A stretch of 61,617 bases of DNA, the filler included, from Collodictyon triciliatum (lineage: Eukaryota): NCBI GenBank assembly GCA_043381765.1. It is 5 parts of 5 records of this genome, joined end to end, with 100 filler letters (N's around TTAATTAATTAA, not from the genome) between each part and the next. Parts side by side here need not be neighbours in the genome. Positions count along the whole stretch, not along the records: positions 38,226 to 51,981 come from JBHJMP010001927.1; positions 52,082 to 61,617 come from JBHJMP010001958.1; 3 more parts are not named here. One strand, 5' to 3'. Shown here one piece after another: positions 38,126 through 61,617 of the stretch (positions within the stretch are counted from its first letter, which is position 1; each line of letters opens with the position of its first letter). The notes beneath the pieces were generated by a model that did no database searches, was not told the DNA's origin, and saw only the letters and a list, made by a program, of their open reading frames with translations. Position numbers and translations under genes: made by a program.

Positions 38126-38225
38126 NNNNNNNNNNNNNNNNNNNNNNNNNNNNNNNNNNNNNNNNNNNNTTAATTAATTAANNNNNNNNNNNNNNNNNNN
38201 NNNNNNNNNNNNNNNNNNNNNNNNN
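38126..38225. other. Artificial contig spacer
   Basis: Same structure; the RECQL4 5' half does not continue across it. Confidence 0.97.
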
Positions 38226-38242
38226 TCTTTCTTCTTTCTTTC

Positions 38243-38361
38243 TTGATTGTTGATTGTTGATTGTTGATTGTTGATTGTTGATTGTTGATTGTTGATTGTT
38301 GATTGTTGATTGTTGATTGTTGATTGTTGATTGTTGATTGTTGATTGTTGATTGTTGATTG
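38243..38361. repeat. (TTGATTG)n heptamer repeat
   Basis: Direct reading. Confidence 0.95.
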
Positions 38362-38408
38362 TAATTGCTTTTTACTCCCTGATTTTGAAAATATAACTGC
38401 CCTGCAGG

Positions 38409-39857
38409 TGTCGGCCAATGACTCAAGATTGACAGAATTTGTCACCCAGTCTCGTATAACTGCAGTTCTCATCAAGCTTCAAACAAGTCGGTCTTTGGCT
38501 TCACACACCCAAGCTTTAATCGAGTCGTCTCTAGTTCTATATACTCAACTAAAAGAGGTCGATGTTTTAGATATGTCACTTTTTGTTTCTTATCTTACAT
38601 CCTTGTTGTAGTAACTTTGATTTATTTAAATCATCAAATTCAAATTTCTTAGTTCACCAATTCTAAAATAAATAAATATTCATCCATACAGACAAATAAA
38701 TAACGTCTAGATTTATTATCACATAGAAAAATGTCTCGCAAAAAGATATTGCTGTAGAAAAGGACGATCTCTCACAGAGAATCAAAGAACTAGAGAGTCA
38801 AAACGCAGATATTTCCAAGGAACTGGAAGAGGTTATATGTTAAAAATAATTCTGTCTGTTGCGCTGTCTACTTGATTTTACTCATGCACAAGCCTTTTTT
38901 ATCTGACCTTACCTTTTCTTTGACAGGTGTATGCTGTCGGCGCCAACTTGCAGAAGCTGTTGAACGTAGCCACAGAGACGCTGAAGCAAAAATCAGGGGA
39001 AGCTTCTAATGCACAGGAGGAGCTACAAAAAGCCCTAGAGCGCGAGGAACAGCTCAAGATACACTTCCAAGAATACCAAGAGACAACATCAAACGAAGTA
39101 TTTTCATTTCTTTTTTTAAAAAAAAATAATAATTTAGAAGTGTATGTGAGAATGGTTCTTGTTGAGACGGAGACGATGGCCAGAACGATATTTTTTTTAT
39201 TTTTCCTTCTTTTTCAACTTTACCATATTCTTAACGTTCTTATTATCTTACCTCGAACGAATGGCAGCTTCAAATTGTAGAGCAGTCTTACAAAGAAGAA
39301 TGGACTAGGCAACTCGAAGCTCTGAATAATCAAGAAGTTGTTAGTCGGAGACAGGTATGATTTTTACTTGAGAAAACTAAAGATGTCATCGTTCAACCGT
39401 GATAATTAATGACACTCTAGAACAGCTTACTCGTTTAACTAGCTTTGGTATCTTCGCTTCATTTTAATTTTATTCGGAGCCTGAAATGTGGAAACTGAAC
39501 TCAAGCAATCTCATAGTCACTCCAAAGCGAGGCCATCAAGGAGAAAAAGTACGCTGAATACAACCAAGCAGTTGATAAATGCCAGGTAGGACGTGGCTCA
39601 ATATTTCAATGACGTGTGTGTCACCGTTCCATAAATATTCGCTATTCACTTATGTCACCACAACGATACGCACAACTTTTGGTCCAACAACACTTGTCTT
39701 TTGTATTCAAATAGGAAAGCGTAACGAGAACGAAGCAAAACCAGGCCTCTTCCAAAGAATCGTTGGAACGTTGTCGCGCTGTCGTGGCAAGAAAGTCTGC
39801 ATCGACTGTTTCATAAAACGAAAGCAACGAAAAAGAGATATGATGCTCTTTATCTAA
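38409..39857 (+). CDS. Hypothetical coiled-coil protein, 3' portion
   Basis: GT-AG exons encoding EKDDLSQRIKELESQNADISKELEE, EELQKALEREEQLK and PGLFQRIVGTLSRCRGKK. The 5' end is cut by the spacer. Confidence 0.55.
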
Positions 39858-40230
39858 CCCACGCCCGCACTATCATTCCTTTACAAGTTTCTATATTAAA
39901 TATATACTACATCAATCTTTTTTTCTCTGCTCCATAAATATGTATCTTTGAAAATGAAACAGCCAGACAGGACGACAGCTCTGCCAAACCATTTCTAATT
40001 TTGTAGACCATTTTGCTGGTCTTCTAATATTTACATATCTGCAAGAGCTTGCTGGAATAACGCAAATTATGTTTATTGTAAATCGAAAAAATGATGCTTT
40101 GATAAAGAAAGAGCCCGATTACTTGTTTCTCTATGTTTTTGTTTTTGTGTTCCTTTTTATTTTGTTTCCTTGCGTTACTTTTTTCCCTTCATTGTGGCTT
40201 AATCATCGAGAAAGTCAAATGGGGTTTTAC

Positions 40231-50980
<10,750 letters not shown>

Positions 50981-51526
50981 GCGAACCCTAGGGGCCGAGC
51001 CGTGATGGTTGCAGAAGGACGGTGCGGTGGTCGTGAGGGCTGCGGGATCTCTGACTGGGAAGATGACTTGAGGATTCTCTATGGGAAAAAAAAAAAAGAA
51101 ATGAACAGCGTCGCAGTTGTCAGGCTCTGTGTATTTGGTTTTCTAGATCAGCCAAGGACAATAATAAAATAGAAAGCAACCAAGTTGCGCGTTCTTGGGG
51201 GCTTTTGCGATCGCGTCGGGCTCGAGAGGGGAGGAGTTTTCAGTGGTGAAGAGCAGAACAACACAAGAATTAATTGGAGATGAATAGATCGCAATTCGTG
51301 GTAACTCAGGGTTAAAAACAAGGCAGCCAGCAGGTGAAAGTGCGGTTTCAAGTTTTGAGAGATCATCGGCTCAAGCGTGGCCTGCATAAAGCTGATGCGT
51401 TTTGTATGCTCTTTGTAAACTTGGCTGTGTGGTTACGCCCCCATTTAAGGCATATTCAGAAAGGGAAGGATTTTATTTCAAGTGCTTCAATTCCCAAACC
51501 ATGATTCTGCCGTATGTCTTCCGTTA

Positions 51527-51981
51527 TGGATTTCCTTGGATTTCTTTGGATTTCCTTGGATTTCTTTGGATTTCTTTGGATTTCTTTGGATTTCTTTGGA
51601 TTTCTTTGGATTTCTTTGGATTTCTTTGGATTTCTTTGGATTTCTTTCATTTCTTTGGATTTCTTTGGATTTTTTTGGATTTCTTTGGATTTTTTTGGAT
51701 TTCTTTGGATTTCTTTGGATTTCCTTGGATTTCTTTCCTTTCTTTCCTTTCTTTCCTTTCTTTCCTTTCTTTCATTTCTTTCATTTCTTTCATCTCTTTG
51801 GATTTCTTTCATTTCTTTGGATTTCTTTCATTTTTCATTTTTCATTTTTCATTTTTCATTTTTCATTTTTCATTTTTCATTTTTCATTTTTCATTTTTCA
51901 TTTTTCATTTTTCATTTTTCATTTTTCATTTTTCATTTTTCATTTTTCATTTTTCATTTTTCATTTTTCATTTTTCATTTT
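51527..51981. repeat. (GGATTTCTTT)n followed by (TTTTTCA)n
   Basis: Direct reading. Confidence 0.95.
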
Positions 51982-52081
51982 NNNNNNNNNNNNNNNNNNN
52001 NNNNNNNNNNNNNNNNNNNNNNNNNTTAATTAATTAANNNNNNNNNNNNNNNNNNNNNNNNNNNNNNNNNNNNNNNNNNNN
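51982..52081. other. Artificial contig spacer
   Basis: Same structure. Confidence 0.97.
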
Positions 52082-52223
52082 CAAAAACAAAAACAAAAAC
52101 AAAAACAAAAACAAAAACAAAAACAAAAACAAAAACAAAAACAAAAACAAAAACAAAAACAAAAACAAAAACAAAAACAATAAATGCAACTAAAGCATGA
52201 TTTTCGTGTAACCTTGAAAATAG

Positions 52224-55200
52224 GAAATCTCTGCAGAATTGCATACAGAAATTTGTCGCTTAGAGCCGCTCATCATTTCTCATTTGAATGGAATTAAAAA
52301 TGTGGAAATAGGTTCGCATGATTTTTTAAACCAACAACGAACCCTTGTCCACCCATGGGGTTCTTTTTATTTCTCCAATTATGGCGATGACCATTGATTC
52401 TCTATGCATGATAAACTCATCCAAATGCCGTCAGATTCGTCTATTACCGCGCTTCGAGGTAGGGCAGATGTGCTCCACTTATGTCGTGTGTTTCTAACAT
52501 TCACCAAGAGCGATATGGTGATATTCTTTTGCTCTAATGTGATAAGTGACACAATATTGAAAAGGTTCTCTAATTTCCTTTTAGTTGATTCCAAAATTTG
52601 AACAATAGTGATATGAAGGGAGAAATTAAAATTGAATTGCTGATATTATTCGTAGTTGTTGTTTAGTTTCAGTTTGTTAAGTAATGACAACATATCTAAA
52701 TATTTCAGGTGGAGCACTATCGACACTCAAGAACGATCTGAATTGACATCCTTTTTATTTGAGTTCATCTCAGCACGAAATGTTTGTTCGTAACTTTGAA
52801 GACTGCCGAAACATATCTTTTTAGACATTGACACCACATCTCTTTCTTTTTTTTAATTCCTATTTACATAATACGACATTTCTTTTATAATCTAGGGTAT
52901 GCAAAATTTTGCGCGTAATGCCGTTGTAAAAACGTTGTGTTTGATTGGGCGGTTCCGCTGGCCCCACGAAGACCCATATTTCTTTAATAATGCTATGTTA
53001 TTTTGCAGAGTAAGTGAGCAAAAAATAATTATTAGTATTATTTTTGCTGCTATCCCATTACTTTCTCTTGATGATTGACGGATTGATATTTCTTGTCATC
53101 AAAATTGTAAAGTATGATTTACTCTGATGAGACAAATAGAGTCGGTGGGCTTGTACTTTCATTCGGTCGATTCATGGTAATATTTCGCTCTAGAGCACTG
53201 GAACACTTTTGATCGGCTTCCAATTTCTGCAAACAATATCCCAAGAGTTTGTCTTATCTGCCGACGATTTACTTTCATCACAAAAGGTCATTGCACGAAA
53301 CTCTCTGATTGGAGTTTTGCCAGTCATATTTGGTATGATTTTACCTCTACCTTTGGATGTAATGAGTTCAGTTAGGAATATGTAAATATGCTGAATTATC
53401 ATTCTAATTTGTTATAAAATCATGGAGGATACTTATATATGCATCGAATCAGAGTTCTTTGAGAGCTTCCTGACCCAGGCATTAGAGGCCAATTCCGTAC
53501 CCGACTTGGTTGATGCTTCACTTAGTAAGTAAACTGGAATATCATCGTTCTTTTCTTTTATTAAATTCATTTTTGATTTTTTTTATTGATTATATTTGGG
53601 GAATAATGATTTATTTATATATATACTTGACGCTTCATAAATTGCCATTCCCTCAATAATATGATTTAATTACAGAATGCATTCACAACTATTTACTTTG
53701 GATACCAATGAACTCGGGACATGCTGGTTACAATCAATCCATCGCCTTGCTTGTTTGGAAACAGTTACCTTGTAGGAGCATACTAATTTTCCATTATTTT
53801 CAATGTGATTCTGTTTCAACTTATTTATTTGTTTACTGATAAAAACACGACCTCATTCCTCTAGATATCTGATTCAACTTTACTTACAGTATCTGAACAC
53901 TTTAATATAGTTTTATTTAGAGTGATTTCTTCTCTTTCAAGTTTAACCCAAGAAGCATTTTCTTGTCTCCATGAGGTTAATTTTGCTGATTTTTTCATTT
54001 GCAAATGAACGAAGCACTTGTATTTAACCACTTTGAACCAATCCAGAATTATTTCCGTTTTATAAGGCTTTCATTTTTTTGAAGAGGCAATATATGTATA
54101 TATATATTAATATGAAACACTGTGACCAGATTATAGAGAGATGTTACACTCCCCCGAACAACCCAGAATACTTGTCTTTCTTTTTTTCTGAAATCCAAAG
54201 ACTACTTTCATTCTGGATAAGTTCACAAGAGGCACAGAAAGAAGAGAATGAGTAAGAGCAATCATAATTTACACATTTAATTGAATAAAACACTAAACTT
54301 TTCATAATGAAAATGAAAAATGACAATATTCATATCTAACTCTCCTATCTGCCCCATAAATCACTCAATCAAATAAACTGGGTTATGTTATTCAGAGCAT
54401 ACTTTCAGAATTTCACATATTTGTTGGTATGTTTCATCAAGAGCCATTTAAAGAAAGTTATCGATAATCCCACCTTTCCTCTGGAACACTTTTCAGCTCT
54501 GTTATCACAGGTAATTTAATATCCTGGGAGTTTTTGGTCGATGTGTGTCAAGTATAAGGAGAAAATTTTATTCTACACTTTCATACTCAAATTTATGTAT
54601 GTTATTACATGTATAATAATACCTCTTCCATAGTACTCTTCCAGCATAAGACTGACACAGTCATACCAGGAATCTCTTGGTTATTGGTAGATGCATTGTA
54701 TTCTAGTATCGATATTCTCACTGCAACCTTGTCATAATGTGAAGGAAAAGAATCTTGAATCTGACTATAAACAATAATAGGAACGTAATTCTGGAATTAA
54801 TGTTAGAGTTTAAACAAACACGTCCCTACCTTCTCACGCAAGGGTGAGTTACAGTATCAGAATCGACAGAATGTACAAATTGTCATTCTTGAACTTTTTT
54901 TTGTGTGTGCCAAAACGCGATTTTTCATAACAATGTATATCAATCTAGATTTAAAGAATCGTGCAATCTCCTAGTGCAGACATCACTGCATCGAATTCAA
55001 TATCGCTTTTGTCGAGAGGGTTTATCGGAACTTGACGACGAGACAATTTTAGAAGAGGCAATCTCTATTTTTTTTCGTATTAAGAAATGAAATCATCTTC
55101 TGAACAATATAGATGCATTCAATTTTTTTTTATATGAATTTTGGAAGTGTATGACATAGCCTTTGATGATATTAGGGTGTTACTGAGCTTGGCCTGTTTG

Positions 55201-58200
55201 TCCAGACTAATATTGAAGTAGTTTTATTGGTATCGAAACTTTTCGACATAGAAACCCTTGAGCAAGTGGTAAGCACAATCCACCATTCACATTATCTTCA
55301 AACAGCGTATAAGCCAACATCCCCATCATCTTGCACAAATTGAAGTGAAGAATATTATAGTAATATCCAAACAGCATATCAGCTCTTTCTAACATTAATA
55401 TCATCGCTACTCGAAAAAAGCACATATATCATCTCTTTTCTTATTTCCCAAACCCATTTGTCTTTGTCTAGTTTTCATGAAATCATACCTGTCTGGTTAT
55501 GAGCATAAAAATCATAAAAGCTATAAAAGCAAAACACCATAATATCAACATAATTTTTTTTGTAAATAAATAAATTATGAATCTCTAGGGACGTGTACTA
55601 TTTGAAACATCTGATAGTTACACAAGGGTCCTTCAAGGCTCAGGTAGTAACTTTGATATCAAGAAATTATACGCATGATTATTTATCGGCGAAATTGGAA
55701 CTTAATGAAAATTTAACTTCGATATCTGATAGATCCTCTTGCAGCCGACGCACTCGATTCTTTGTGCAAAGACTTTGTCACATTACTGCAGCTCACGGGT
55801 ATGTATCAAGATTGGCTTCATATGGCCAAAACTGGACAGAAAATATAAATACTTAATATATCGGTAGTGAAAGTCCTTTCCTTTTCCCATTTTTGAGTAA
55901 AATTAAAAAGAATGAATACTTCAATAACAATAGAAGTACACTACCTATATTAAATTACCATATCTATAATAGGAGGATTATCAGATATGCTTACATCAAA
56001 CTTCACCACTTTTTTCCCAGCGTCCAATTTAATCTGGGATAAGTTAATGAGTTTATGCGCTCTCACTTTCTCGGAATGCAGGGCGGCGAATCGGTATCAA
56101 AGTAACCGAATGTAAGTTGACCTAATTTCGACCTATGTAAATTTAAGTATCTACACATGTTTTAATATAAATTTTAAGTATTCAAATATTCCTTCCATTT
56201 TTTTTGAAAACACAGTTGCTCCCAACTGATACGGACATTACAGTCATACGTACCATGGTTACTTCAACTCTACATACACTCAGTCGAATCACAAAGTCAA
56301 GGTTCTGTGGAATTTATCACCAGACTGGACTTTGTCATGGCCAGCTTAATAGACATGTGCATATTGAGTATTGACCCCCAAGTAATTGTTCCTTCATTCT
56401 GAGAATGCTTCAACCAAAATTTTGAAACATAATGAAACAATATGCATGTTTCCTCGTTCTTCCGCCTTAACTTTCTTATTAAAAAAAAAGTAACCTTTTA
56501 CCAGACCCCGCCGGACGTTTTGCAAGCTTCTTTAAATTTATTTTTATCTCGTAATTCGATTTACTTATGAAAAATCTAGGTCTTTGAAAAAAGAAAAAAG
56601 AAAATACCTGTTCAAATTTTCTTGATTTTTTTTTTTAAAAAAAACTGAAATCTATGCTAGTTTCTTCGAATGTAAAACCGTATCACATGGCGCTGAGTCC
56701 GCGCGTTCAGAATTTGGTCAAAGACTTGGTCCAAGTGTCCCGCAGTATACCTATGAAACTTCAGGTGTGTTTATAAACTATTTACAATATACCATCTTAC
56801 ATGTACCTAGCGTAATGCCAAATATGACCATTCATGTAAAATAAGCAGCTTTTTTTTTCTTTCTCTTTCTTAGAGTTCGTCGAATCTTGTAAAAATTAAA
56901 TATAAACTAAACCCTCATTTCTTCGATAGCGGACATTGTTTTCTGTAGCTGCAAATGTCACTTTCGGAAAGCCACGCTACAAATCCGACGAGCTATCTCC
57001 CGTGAGTTTTACTGTTTTTTTCTTTCTTCAACCGTGCATTGTATAAAGGTACATTCAGAAGAGCCATACGCTATTTTTTCACTCCAATCAACCGAGTGTT
57101 TCAAATACAGATCTTGGAGCAATTTAAGCTTTTGTTCAAACAACTACTTGATGGCTTGGTTGGTCAATTTTCGGCATTATCGACTGCAGAAAACATCCAA
57201 ACCCTTGCAAATCAAGATGGTGACATTGCCCTTTCCCAATAATACATTCATATTCTTAACATTCTCATCAACACCATTCGCTACATAGCTGCGAAATCAT
57301 TCACTGATTATTTCTATTTTTTAAAATAAATAAATAAATAAAAAAATAATTAAATACCGATGTCAAAATTTAGTCTCCACCGATTTTCAGCGATGTTTGC
57401 ATATACTTGCTGCTGTGCTAGAGTCAATTGAACCCCAAGTAGTTCGAATTCAATTATAAAATATAGAGCATTCCGAATATGTGAATCGCATTTCAATTCA
57501 CTATAATATTCCGTGCGATTATTCCTGTCACCAGCCGCGACAAGTCAAGGTGTTTGTATGTGAAGCTCTCGGCCCTATGTTGCATCCCCATATCACTTTT
57601 CTTACCGTGCTGCCGACAAATCTAGGTGTGTAATTAAACTATTATAAGTTTCAGCACTATTATTATTCTCAAATCAGATTTCAAAATAAAGAAATAATAG
57701 ACATTCAACATTTCTTAAAATGACTTTTTTTTGTTTCAATTTCTTACCAGCTTTGTACAATGACTATCTGGCAATGACTTTACAATTTGCAAAATCAATT
57801 TATGGATTGTTGGACCCGAGTTACTTGAATGAAATGATTCGGTAATGTAACACACCCGACATACTAAAAATATTTTCAAAATTATTCACAACCAAAACTG
57901 CTATGTTTCATTTTATTTTCACTCAATTATTTTTTTTTAAAAAAATAATACTGACTAACCTTCCATTTTTTTTTTGTTGGCCCTTTTTCACTTTTATTCT
58001 CTCCTCAATAAAAGGAATGATAAATAATTCTTTACCATTACTCTACCTTATATCAGGTCGTTGATGAGTGTATTTACAAATGAAGCATTTGTTAGTCTCT
58101 TGGCAAACAACGGTTCACTGGCCCTGGACATAATAAACAAGTAAATAAAGAAAACTACCTCCTTTCTATTCTACAAAATGTCCCAATCAAAAGTTTAACG

Positions 58201-59634
58201 GTAACATTTGTCCAGGTATCAGGATATCATGGCCGTCATTCTACAGAATCCATCCAGTTCAGCTGCTGATGCTGCAAGACACATTTGTGATGTAATATCA
58301 ACTTCATTAGTACCGCTTTTGAATCAGGTTTTTTTTTATCATTACAATTTCTAATTGGGCACCATGCTCATTTGTGTCCCTCATTTTTCAGTGGAGAAGC
58401 ACTAATGCTCATTATTCTTCTGATATTTTTTTGGCCTATGAATTAATCCTACTTACTTACTGCCCCTTTATTTTTATTTTCTCTGCATGAATAAGATAAC
58501 AAAAGCAACGGATGAAAGAAATAAGGCTTACGACCTTTTGAGGAAAGCAATCATTACGCACTGGAAAATCATAGCCTCTCATGATTCAGTCAGAAACTCA
58601 TCGCTTTTCCACATATTCCATGTTGATTCCCACATAATGTCATAACTTAGTGCTGTGAGTTCAGAATAACTGAAAAAAATGTTGGTGATGGTTGCTATCT
58701 GCTAATTATCATAGCTGAATACTGCAATCACATGCTTTTGCCACGCACTTTCTGCGCCAGAACCGCATGTTTTCAAGCATATTCTCGAGATATTCTCGTC
58801 CATCAACAAGTGATTTTTCATATTCCGCTTCTTCCTTCTCTTTTTTCCCCCGTTCTCATATATATGCTTAGGAACCACATAACATTATTCGGTCATTTAA
58901 TTGCGGCTTGTATATGCACATTCTCACACCACATAAAACGCATCCGCAGGGCTCATAAGCTTTATCACAAAGAAGGCTTTTGCGCGAGCCTTCGTGAACA
59001 GCTGCTCAATTGCCTTTTGACGGTGCTTAGCTGTTTTGTCCCCAATAATATCGGTTGTATCTTAATGAGTCGATGTAGTTTCATATTTATTCTTTTCTTT
59101 CTCTGGTTTTTTTACCCGATAGGATCTTATCCACAAGAATCACAGCACTGTATCCGACGAAACGCTGAACACTATCTTTGATATTGCCGCTGTGGACTTT
59201 ACTTGGTTCTTTCAAACGGTATCTTGAAAAAAAGCCACAAATTCACAATGATTGTTCAAACAATAGTGAGTTAATGCCAAAACCTTTTCTCATTAACATT
59301 GCAAACTACGTATTCTTTCGTGCTATTAGTTTCTTGCCTCATTTTTGCGTGGGATTCCTGGGATTTCCGAAGAACAAAAAGGAAGCATATTTAGTGCCAT
59401 TCATCCACAAACGGTTTGTGATTTCGATATAATAATAATAATAATAATAAATAATGAATTGAAAACATTGCACAATTTTTTTCAGTTTGTCTCTGCATGA
59501 ACGAAACAATATCAAACTCTTTCTACATCCATCTAATCACATGCACATCGAATAAATAGGACGCCCCATCGTTCAGCGCACTGATGCTGAGTTTTACGGG
59601 AGACTGCGCAAAAATGCTTCGGTTGAATGCTTAG
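52224..59634 (+). CDS. XPO6: Exportin-6 (importin-beta family); start codon probably lost at contig edge
   Basis: Spliced peptides follow XPO6 as I recall it, end to end: HLCRVFLTFTKSDMVIFF, NFARNAVVKTLCLIGRFRWPHEDPYFFN, IGFQFLQTISQEF..DDLLSSQK, HKLYHKEGF, LIHKNHSTVSDETLNTIFDIAAVDFTWFFQTFLPHF and DAPSFS. Stop TAG at 59632-59634. Confidence 0.85.
55311..55367 (+). mobile_element. Short LINE 3'-end insertion in an XPO6 intron
   Basis: AAGCCAACATCCCCATCATCTTGCACAAATTGAAGTGAAGAATA. Flanks CAAACAGCGTAT (55299-310) and CAAACAGCATAT (55368-79) are 11/12 identical. Confidence 0.7.
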
Positions 59635-60240
59635 GCATAAAGAAAATCAACAAGGACACGGAACACATAAAGAGCAATGAAAGTATGGTTCAATGAAGTG
59701 GTTTGTTTCCTCATAGTATCGTCAGATGACTTGGTTAATCCCAAACCAATTGTTTCCATCTCGTATCATAATCTAGTTCATGTCGCCTCGTCTTCCATGA
59801 ATACTCTGCACCTCGCACATATCCCTTCCTTCCTTTCTTTTTCTTTTCTTTTCTCTTTTCCTTTTCCTTTTTCTTCTCTTCTCTTTTCTTTTCTTTTATG
59901 CAGGTTGGCCGTAAGGAACAAAGCCAGTGACGCAAATCGCCTTATCGCGTCAGTAATTTGGACGTGTTGTGCGAATGCGTGTGTCTGGCGAAACCGTCAC
60001 TATACTATTTCATTTATTCGTTCATCATATTCGGGAAAAGAGGAAGAGAACGTGTCACAACTACTCCATTCTCGCGCCATGCCACAGCACATAGCAAAGC
60101 AGATTTACAAAATCTGACAGCCACTCACCGCGTCACGATGCAATAAGAAAACAAAGAGATACTCGACCAAAGGTAACAACGCACGACAAACAAGTCAACA
60201 AGTAGTTAGTCCTAGCGTGTGAATGGTGAACGTCATTTGC

Positions 60241-61290
60241 TCACTTGCGGGAAATAAGGTGGAAAAGAACATCCTATTCAGTGGGTATAGATAGATAATG
60301 TTTAGCATCAAATTACTATATTTGAAGAGAGAGGCAGGGGATTTCTTGTAAAAGAAAAGGGGAGAAGGGTATTGATGGTTCTGCGCACCAAAGAAAAAAA
60401 GAAAAAAAAAGGGTGAAATAAAATAAGTAAAATAGTAAATATGACCTAAGAAGATAGAAAAAAAAGAAGAAAACATGCATGACAATTTCGGTCGGTGGCG
60501 GGTGACTTGCCTTTGTATATTTGAGCCGGCTGACCAGCTCGTGATTAGATTGCTTCATGACACTCGACAGAGAGTGGGTGGAAAGCTCACGTTTTTTGTC
60601 AACATACGTGACAACTTGTGTCTCTGAGCACAGTATGACCTTTGTATGGTCGAAAAAATTAACCTGATATTGTATGGAAGTAGTGAGACGCACATTCGCA
60701 CATATACCGATTTACACATGATTGCTGGGGGAATGAAATAGAGAAACAAGAACCAAAACAAAACAAATTATTACAGTTATTGTTTTTTTTATATATTGAA
60801 AGGGGATACAAACATGCATACTACACAAAGCAATTTTTTTTTGTCAGTAGAATGTAATACCACGGGTTCGTCAATAAAAGTAAAATGACCCGGGCATATA
60901 AGTACAGACAGATAGGCAGATAGACAGACTTCTGATGAAGACAAAAGACCAACTGCAGGAGAAAAAAAAAAGGCAAACAAAGTCAAAAACATAGCTAGAA
61001 ATATACCTGCACGTTTCGGTTGCTCAGTCTGAAAATTATCGCATTTTTTGTGCGAAGCCATTTCTTCACATAAACCATATTGTGAGGGTCATAACTGCTT
61101 TTCGTGGGCTCTGCTGCGGGGGTGATGGGTATGCCAGTTTCTGTTAGGTAGTTTTTGAAGTATTTGAGGAGCGTTACTTTCTTTTGGAGAGAGGGAGGGA
61201 ATGATGACATCTTGTGGACTTCACAGTCTTCCGCTGTACCACCTCTCTTATACGGTACATACATGAAAGTCCTAGTTGATGGAGTAAAAA
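60241..61290 (-). CDS. PLK1: Polo-like kinase, C-terminal polo-box exons (gene continues beyond window)
   Basis: [49 protein letters not shown]..VTYVD, then LVSRLKYTK|DVLFHLISRK*. The specific PLK paralog is not certain. Confidence 0.88.
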
Positions 61291-61543
61291 TCAATGTTAT
61301 TTCCTTTCATATTTAAGAGTGTTTACTATATAAATAAAAAACCTATTCAATTTATAAGCGATAAAATAAGTACAAGGGTTTTTGCATCAATGAACGCAAA
61401 ATCAATAGAGAAAATATAGAGGTTGCCCAGAGATTTAACGAGGAGGTCATCCATAAGAGGAAAAATATATACTTTCAAAAATAAGACTAAACATGGAAAG
61501 CATTTGAGATAGGTTATACTTTTGGAAAAGACAAAGACAAAGA

Positions 61544-61547
<4 letters not shown>

Positions 61548-61617
<70 letters not shown>
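61548..61617. repeat. (GA)n microsatellite
   Basis: Direct reading. Confidence 0.95.

Overview
AT-rich, intron-dense eukaryotic nuclear DNA in the standard genetic code, probably a protist. The window is five unrelated contigs joined by artificial 100-bp spacers (44N-TTAATTAATTAA-44N), so adjacency across spacers is not biological. Contig 1 (1-13772) is the accessory region. It holds a 5'-truncated NLR/STAND-like gene: NACHT, then TPRs each encoded by its own phase-2 exon, then one 5.7-kb intronless exon with pentapeptide repeats, 21 near-identical WD40 repeats with hypervariable positions and 9 expanded SEL1-like repeats. Next come an L1/Tx1-type LINE remnant and a decayed Fanzor1 (eukaryotic TnpB-like RNA-guided nuclease) with a structured omegaRNA-like 3' region and a small TTAA-flanked insertion. 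The other contigs carry TMEM249 (CatSper-theta)-like, ABCF3/GCN20, VPS52, RECQL4-like, TMEM131-like, XPO6, a polo-like kinase 3' end and two hypothetical coiled-coil genes. Six tiny (27-80 bp) 3'-end copies of the LINE, each with a target-site duplication, sit in introns across the window. Gene identities come from manual splicing and recalled family motifs; no database searches were run.
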